Source: Promethearchaeota archaeon (GTDB taxonomy: Archaea > Asgardarchaeota > Lokiarchaeia > Sigyniarchaeales > SOKP01). From it: 11,175 nt of DNA. Below the pieces are notes generated by a model. It worked only from the letters and a program-made list of their open reading frames with translations, had not been told where the DNA came from and did no database searches. How positions within the stretch are numbered: position 1 is the first letter of the stretch; the number at the start of each line of letters is the position of its first letter. The translations under genes and the position numbers were made by a program. Positions 7,537 through 11,175 of this stretch are shown here, in pieces. The DNA lies in contig JAEOTP010000018.1 of the NCBI GenBank assembly GCA_016839765.1, positions 1 to 11,175 of the forward strand, in the 5' to 3' direction.

Positions 7537-7680
7537 AATTATCCTTTATATATTTCAAGTATTAATATTTTAGAATTTTAATCTAGTAAATTTTCATAAT
7601 AACAAAATTTATTTAGTCTTATATTCTTTTCTATTATAAAGAATAGAATTAGAAGAACACAGACAGCTTAAGAGATATAT

Positions 7681-8109
7681 ATGATCGACGATGAGGATGA
7701 AGATGAGGAGATCTTAAAGAAAGGGGTCTCATTAAAAAGTGTACTAAAAAATTTACTCTTAATTCTATTAATTATAGTTGGAGTACTTTTTATTTATTTA
7801 GCCGGTGGTACCAATCAAATCACTAACTGGTTTATAGGTTTTTCATTTATATGCTTAGGTTCCACATTAATTCAAATTAAAAAACGTAAATCTGAACCAA
7901 ATTTGCAAACACTGTCTATTTTAAAATGTAATGTGTGTGGGATTACGAAAGTAAGAAATTACCAACACGGAGATTATGTTTTTAGAGAAGTAGAAACATG
8001 TAATGATTGCAATGAGTCAATGCTAATAGAGCAAATCTATAGTGTAAAATTAAAAAAACCAACAGTTGCGAAAAAAGAAGAAGAACTAAAAAGTAAAGCT
8101 AGGAAATAA
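7681..8109 (+). CDS. 2-TM protein with C-terminal zinc ribbon (archaeal DUF1512-associated type)
   Basis: Acidic N-tail DDEDEDEE, two hydrophobic helices, then CNVC...R.Y..GDYVF....CNDC...M.I..IY. Confidence 0.8.
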   Translation: MIDDEDEDEEILKKGVSLKSVLKNLLLILLIIVGVLFIYLAGGTNQITNWFIGFSFICLGSTLIQIKKRKSEPNLQTLSILKCNVCGITKVRNYQHGDYVFREVETCNDCNESMLIEQIYSVKLKKPTVAKKEEELKSKARK

Positions 8110-8144
8110 ATTAAATAATTGTATAATTAGTGTGGTGCTTCCTT

Positions 8145-8585
8145 ATTTTTAATAAATTAGGAATGGGTGGATCTTTCGACCATCTTCATGAAGGCCACAA
8201 ATACTTAATTGAGATTGCTTTATCTCTCTCAAGAAAAGTGATTATTGGTTTAACGACTCAAAGTTTATTGAAAAATAAAAAATTTCCTTCTAAAATAGAA
8301 AACTATAAAGTAAGAGAAGAAAATCTAAAGGGATTTATCAAGACATTCACTGATATTAGTAGAGTAGAAATTATACCATTAGAAGATCCATATGGACCTC
8401 CTATTCATGAACCTGATTATGAGAGTATTATCGTAAGTCAAGAGACTTATAAGACTGCTCTCAAGATTAATGAAATAAGAGAAAGCAAAGGGTTTAATCC
8501 TTTAATTATAATTGTAATACCAATTATTAAAGACTATAAAAATCAAAAAATTAGTTCTACAGCAATTCGTGAACAATTAATGTAA
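8145..8585 (+). CDS. coaD: Phosphopantetheine adenylyltransferase (archaeal/eukaryotic type)
   Basis: GGSFDHLHEGH (HxGH), IGLT, L.DPYGP, IIVSQET, IN..R...G..PL, KISSTAIR. The start is uncertain: the track gives GTG 8130, but ATT 8145 is favoured (see findings). Confidence 0.92.
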   Translation: MFNKLGMGGSFDHLHEGHKYLIEIALSLSRKVIIGLTTQSLLKNKKFPSKIENYKVREENLKGFIKTFTDISRVEIIPLEDPYGPPIHEPDYESIIVSQETYKTALKINEIRESKGFNPLIIIVIPIIKDYKNQKISSTAIREQLM

Positions 8586-8589
8586 AAAG

Positions 8590-8596
8590 TTTTTTT
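8590..8596 (+). terminator. T7 tract just after the coaD stop codon
   Basis: TAA-AAAG-TTTTTTT. Confidence 0.4.
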
Positions 8597-8727
8597 AAGG
8601 AACCTTTCTATTTAGAATTATATTAATTAATTGCTTGAGTTGCGATTTAATTGCTTAAAGCTATTAACAAATTATACTCGGAATATTATCTCAATCAAGC
8701 CTCATTTTTCTTTCAATTCTTTATTTT

Positions 8728-8771
8728 GCCAAGGGTGTAAAAATTAATTTTTTAAGTTTTTTTCCCTTGGC
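8728..8771. repeat. Long inverted repeat/hairpin GCCAAGGG...CCCTTGGC
   Basis: Perfect 8-bp GC-rich outer stem (8728-8735/8764-8771), plus an inner AAAAATTAA/TTAA(G)TTTTT stem and a 4-nt loop. Confidence 0.75.
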
Positions 8772-8863
8772 TGCGGATCTTGTCTATGTTAATTGATAAA
8801 AATGTATTAATTTCTTCCTTAATAACTATAGATTTATTCTAATTTAAGATAGGATAATTTTAA

Positions 8864-8916
8864 GTAAAATTTCGCGCGTAAAATTTAAATAAGTTAAAAA
8901 TTTAGAAATTATATAA
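8864..8916 (+). promoter_or_regulatory. Candidate pheST promoter: BRE-like CGTAAAA + TATA TTTAAATA (8884-8891); alternative TTATATAA (8909-8916)
   Basis: Matches to archaeal BRE/TATA consensus 30-60 nt upstream of the pheS ATG. Confidence 0.45.
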
Positions 8917-8946
8917 TAAAAAGGAAAAATTTTTGGATTTATTCAT

Positions 8947-10482
8947 ATGGCAATCAAGCTTAAAAAACAAGTAATAGAGATATTAAAGATTTTAAAAGAA
9001 AAAAAAGAAAAAGTTATTGCAGAAGATTTAGCGCAGGAATTAAATATTGATTATATAGTGCTTATGTCTGCTGTAAATGATTTAATAGAATATAATTTAG
9101 GCGGATTTAAAGAGAAAGAGATTAATAAAATCTCATTAAATGTAGAAGGTCAAGGATATCTAAGAAATGGATTACCTGAAAGACAATTGTTGCAACTTTT
9201 ATTAAAAAATGAGATTAAAGAAATATCTATTGAAGATTTTTTAAAGAGATCTAAATTAAATAAAAATATCTTCTATATTGGTCTTTCGAATATGAAAAAA
9301 AATCGTTGGATTGCTCAGAGTAAAGCAACAGGGGATAATAGAATTTATCTTATAACAGAAGACTACTCTGAAACCAAATTGGAAAAACTCTTAAATTTAT
9401 TTAAAGGAAATAAGTTTTTAGATTATTATTCATTTTCGAAAGAGGATTTAGAACACGTTGAAATCCTAAATAAAAGAAAATTGATTATTAAATCGAAAAA
9501 AATTGAGAGATTAATATTTCTAACTGAAAAAGGTAAGAAGCTACAACTTTCAAAAATCCAAGAATTAAAACAAGTTAGCAAGATTACGTCTAAAATGCTT
9601 ATAAATGGCTCTTGGGATAATTTTGACTTAAAAGCTTTTGATATTACTAAGCCAGGCCCTCTCTTGAAGGCTGGTAAGTTTCATCCCGTTATTGCCTTAA
9701 TAAATGAAATAAGAGAAATATTCTTATCAATGGGTTTTACAGAAATACGTGGTCCTATTGTAGAGAGTGCCTTTTTTAATTTTGATGCTTTATTTCAACC
9801 TCAAGATCATCCAGCAAGAGAAATGCAAGATACTTTTTATCTGAATAATCCTAAAGTGGCAAGATTACCAGAAAAAGATAGGGTACTTGCGGTAAAAGAA
9901 ACCCATGAAAATGGGGGGGATTCTAACTCGATTGGATGGGGTTATGAATGGGATGAGGATATTGCAAAAAGAACAGTTTTAAGAACCCATACGACGGCAA
10001 CAACTATTAGACGTTTAGCTCAATTCTATAAAAATAATGAAAATGTACCTGTAAAGGTTTTTTGTATTGACCGTGTATTTAGGAATGAGAAAGTCGATAA
10101 ATCACATCTAGCAGAATTTATGCAGGTAGAAGGTATAGTTATTGATGATCACGTAAATTTAGGTGACCTTATTGGACTTTTATCAGAATTCTATAGAAAA
10201 ATGGGATTTAAAAAGATTATTACTCGACCAGGCTTTTTTCCTTATACAGAACCTAGTATGGAAGTTTCAGTTTATTATGATAAGTTAGGTGAATGGCTAG
10301 AAATGGGGGGAAGTGGAATTTTTCGCCCGGAAGTAACCTATCCTTTCGGAATTAAAGAACCCACAAGAGTACTCGCATGGGGGCAAGGTCTTGAGCGGAT
10401 TGCAATGTTGTATTACGGGCGAGAAGATATAAGAGATTTGTATATCAATCCAATAAAATGGTTAAGACAACAAGCTTATTAA
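8947..10482 (+). CDS. pheS: Phenylalanine--tRNA ligase alpha subunit (long archaeal/eukaryotic type)
   Basis: G..HP, FNFDALFQPQDHPAREMQDTFY, LRTHTT, IDRVFRNE..D..HLAEF.QVEG, FFPYTEPSME, WLEMGGSGIFRPE, LAWGQGLERIAM. The N-terminal extension contains GLPE; 511 aa. Confidence 0.98.
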   Translation: MAIKLKKQVIEILKILKEKKEKVIAEDLAQELNIDYIVLMSAVNDLIEYNLGGFKEKEINKISLNVEGQGYLRNGLPERQLLQLLLKNEIKEISIEDFLKRSKLNKNIFYIGLSNMKKNRWIAQSKATGDNRIYLITEDYSETKLEKLLNLFKGNKFLDYYSFSKEDLEHVEILNKRKLIIKSKKIERLIFLTEKGKKLQLSKIQELKQVSKITSKMLINGSWDNFDLKAFDITKPGPLLKAGKFHPVIALINEIREIFLSMGFTEIRGPIVESAFFNFDALFQPQDHPAREMQDTFYLNNPKVARLPEKDRVLAVKETHENGGDSNSIGWGYEWDEDIAKRTVLRTHTTATTIRRLAQFYKNNENVPVKVFCIDRVFRNEKVDKSHLAEFMQVEGIVIDDHVNLGDLIGLLSEFYRKMGFKKIITRPGFFPYTEPSMEVSVYYDKLGEWLEMGGSGIFRPEVTYPFGIKEPTRVLAWGQGLERIAMLYYGREDIRDLYINPIKWLRQQAY

Positions 10483-10498
10483 AAACGAGGTGAAAAGA

Positions 10499-11175
10499 AT
10501 TCCAACATTAGAATTAAAAATTGAAAGATTAGAAAGACTGGTGGGAAAAAAGTTAAATATTCAAGATTTGGAATATGATTTACAATGGATTAGCCTTGAT
10601 TTGGAGGGTGTTAATGAGGACGAGCAAAAAATTAAAGTGGAATATAACCCAAATAGACCTGATTTCTCAAGCCCAGAAGGTATTGCAAGAACATTGAAAG
10701 GTTATTATGAAATTGAATTAGGGTTACCTCAATATGAGATTACACCTGGAGAAATAGTTTTAAACGTAGATCCTTCAGTTAAAAAAGTTAGACCATATAT
10801 TGTGTGTGCCGTAATCCGTAATATCGATTTAGATGAGGACGAAGTCGCTACTTTAATGAATATTCAAGAACACTTGCATTGGGCTGTTGGTAGAGATAGA
10901 AAGAAAGTAGCAATAGGAGTCCACGATTTTGATAAGGTTGTTCCTCCATATCGTTATACCGCAGTCAAACCAGAATCTGTTAGCTTTACTCCCTTGCATG
11001 GAGATGGGTATCCCATGAATTTAGAAGAAATTTTACTATTACACGAAAAAGGAATTGAATATGCTCATATCTTAGAAAAAAAAGAAGTATATCCTATTAT
11101 TTTTGATAAAAATAATGACGTACTTTCCTTTCCCCCAATAATTAACGGGGAACTAACGACAGTTACAGAACAAAC
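10499..11175 (+). CDS. pheT: Phenylalanine--tRNA ligase beta subunit, N-terminal part (runs off the right edge)
   Basis: Manual translation: (I/M)PTLELKIERLERLVGKKL...VEYNPNRPDFSSPEGIARTLKG...VRPYIVCAVIRN...LMNIQEHLHWAVGRDRKKVAIGVHD...YPIIFDKNNDVLSFPPIING. SD GAGGTGA at 10487-10493. Start is ATT 10499 or GTG 10490. Confidence 0.96.
   Translation, partial: MPTLELKIERLERLVGKKLNIQDLEYDLQWISLDLEGVNEDEQKIKVEYNPNRPDFSSPEGIARTLKGYYEIELGLPQYEITPGEIVLNVDPSVKKVRPYIVCAVIRNIDLDEDEVATLMNIQEHLHWAVGRDRKKVAIGVHDFDKVVPPYRYTAVKPESVSFTPLHGDGYPMNLEEILLLHEKGIEYAHILEKKEVYPIIFDKNNDVLSFPPIINGELTTVTEQ

Noticed and set aside
8628-8706. Possible eukaryote-type SECIS on the minus strand (AUGA followed by a stem)
   Set aside because: There is no GA on the 3' side to complete the quartet, the apical region is too large, and no UGA-containing gene lies upstream on that strand.
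8786-8842. 18-aa ATG ORF MLIDKNVLISSLITIDLF upstream of pheS
   Set aside because: Only one Phe, no SD, and a length expected by chance.
8586-8946. T-box riboswitch or tRNA gene upstream of pheS
   Set aside because: No T-box consensus (GGTGGxACCxCG), no terminator/antiterminator pair, and no cloverleaf or TTCRA arm visible.

Overview
AT-rich archaeal chromosomal segment, most consistent with an Asgard (Lokiarchaeia-like) genome. This is inferred from the archaeal/eukaryotic-type PheRS, archaeal PPAT, DUF1512 plus its zinc-ribbon partner, GAGGTG(A)-type Shine-Dalgarno sites and low GC. Minus strand, left to right: 5' part of ppdK (not in the ORF track), a NagD-like HAD-IIA phosphatase, an internally duplicated 4-TM protein, a 491-aa two-TM protein (RGG-rich N-tail, glycosylation-sequon-rich outer domain, double zinc ribbon) coupled to a CBS-pair/4-TM protein, an SCP2 lipid-binding protein and DUF1512. 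Plus strand: a 2-TM zinc-ribbon protein, coaD, pheS and the 5' part of pheT (not in the ORF track). No mobile element, CRISPR array, tRNA or rRNA was seen. Most interesting observations: (1) the 491-aa protein, whose outer domain resembles the eukaryotic APD1-4/DUF4793 domain and which carries a eukaryote-style RGG tail; (2) two housekeeping genes (pheT, coaD) that appear to start at ATT; (3) a YyaC/GPR-like protease signature in DUF1512; (4) structured elements in the coaD-pheS spacer. All family assignments are by motif recognition, not database search.
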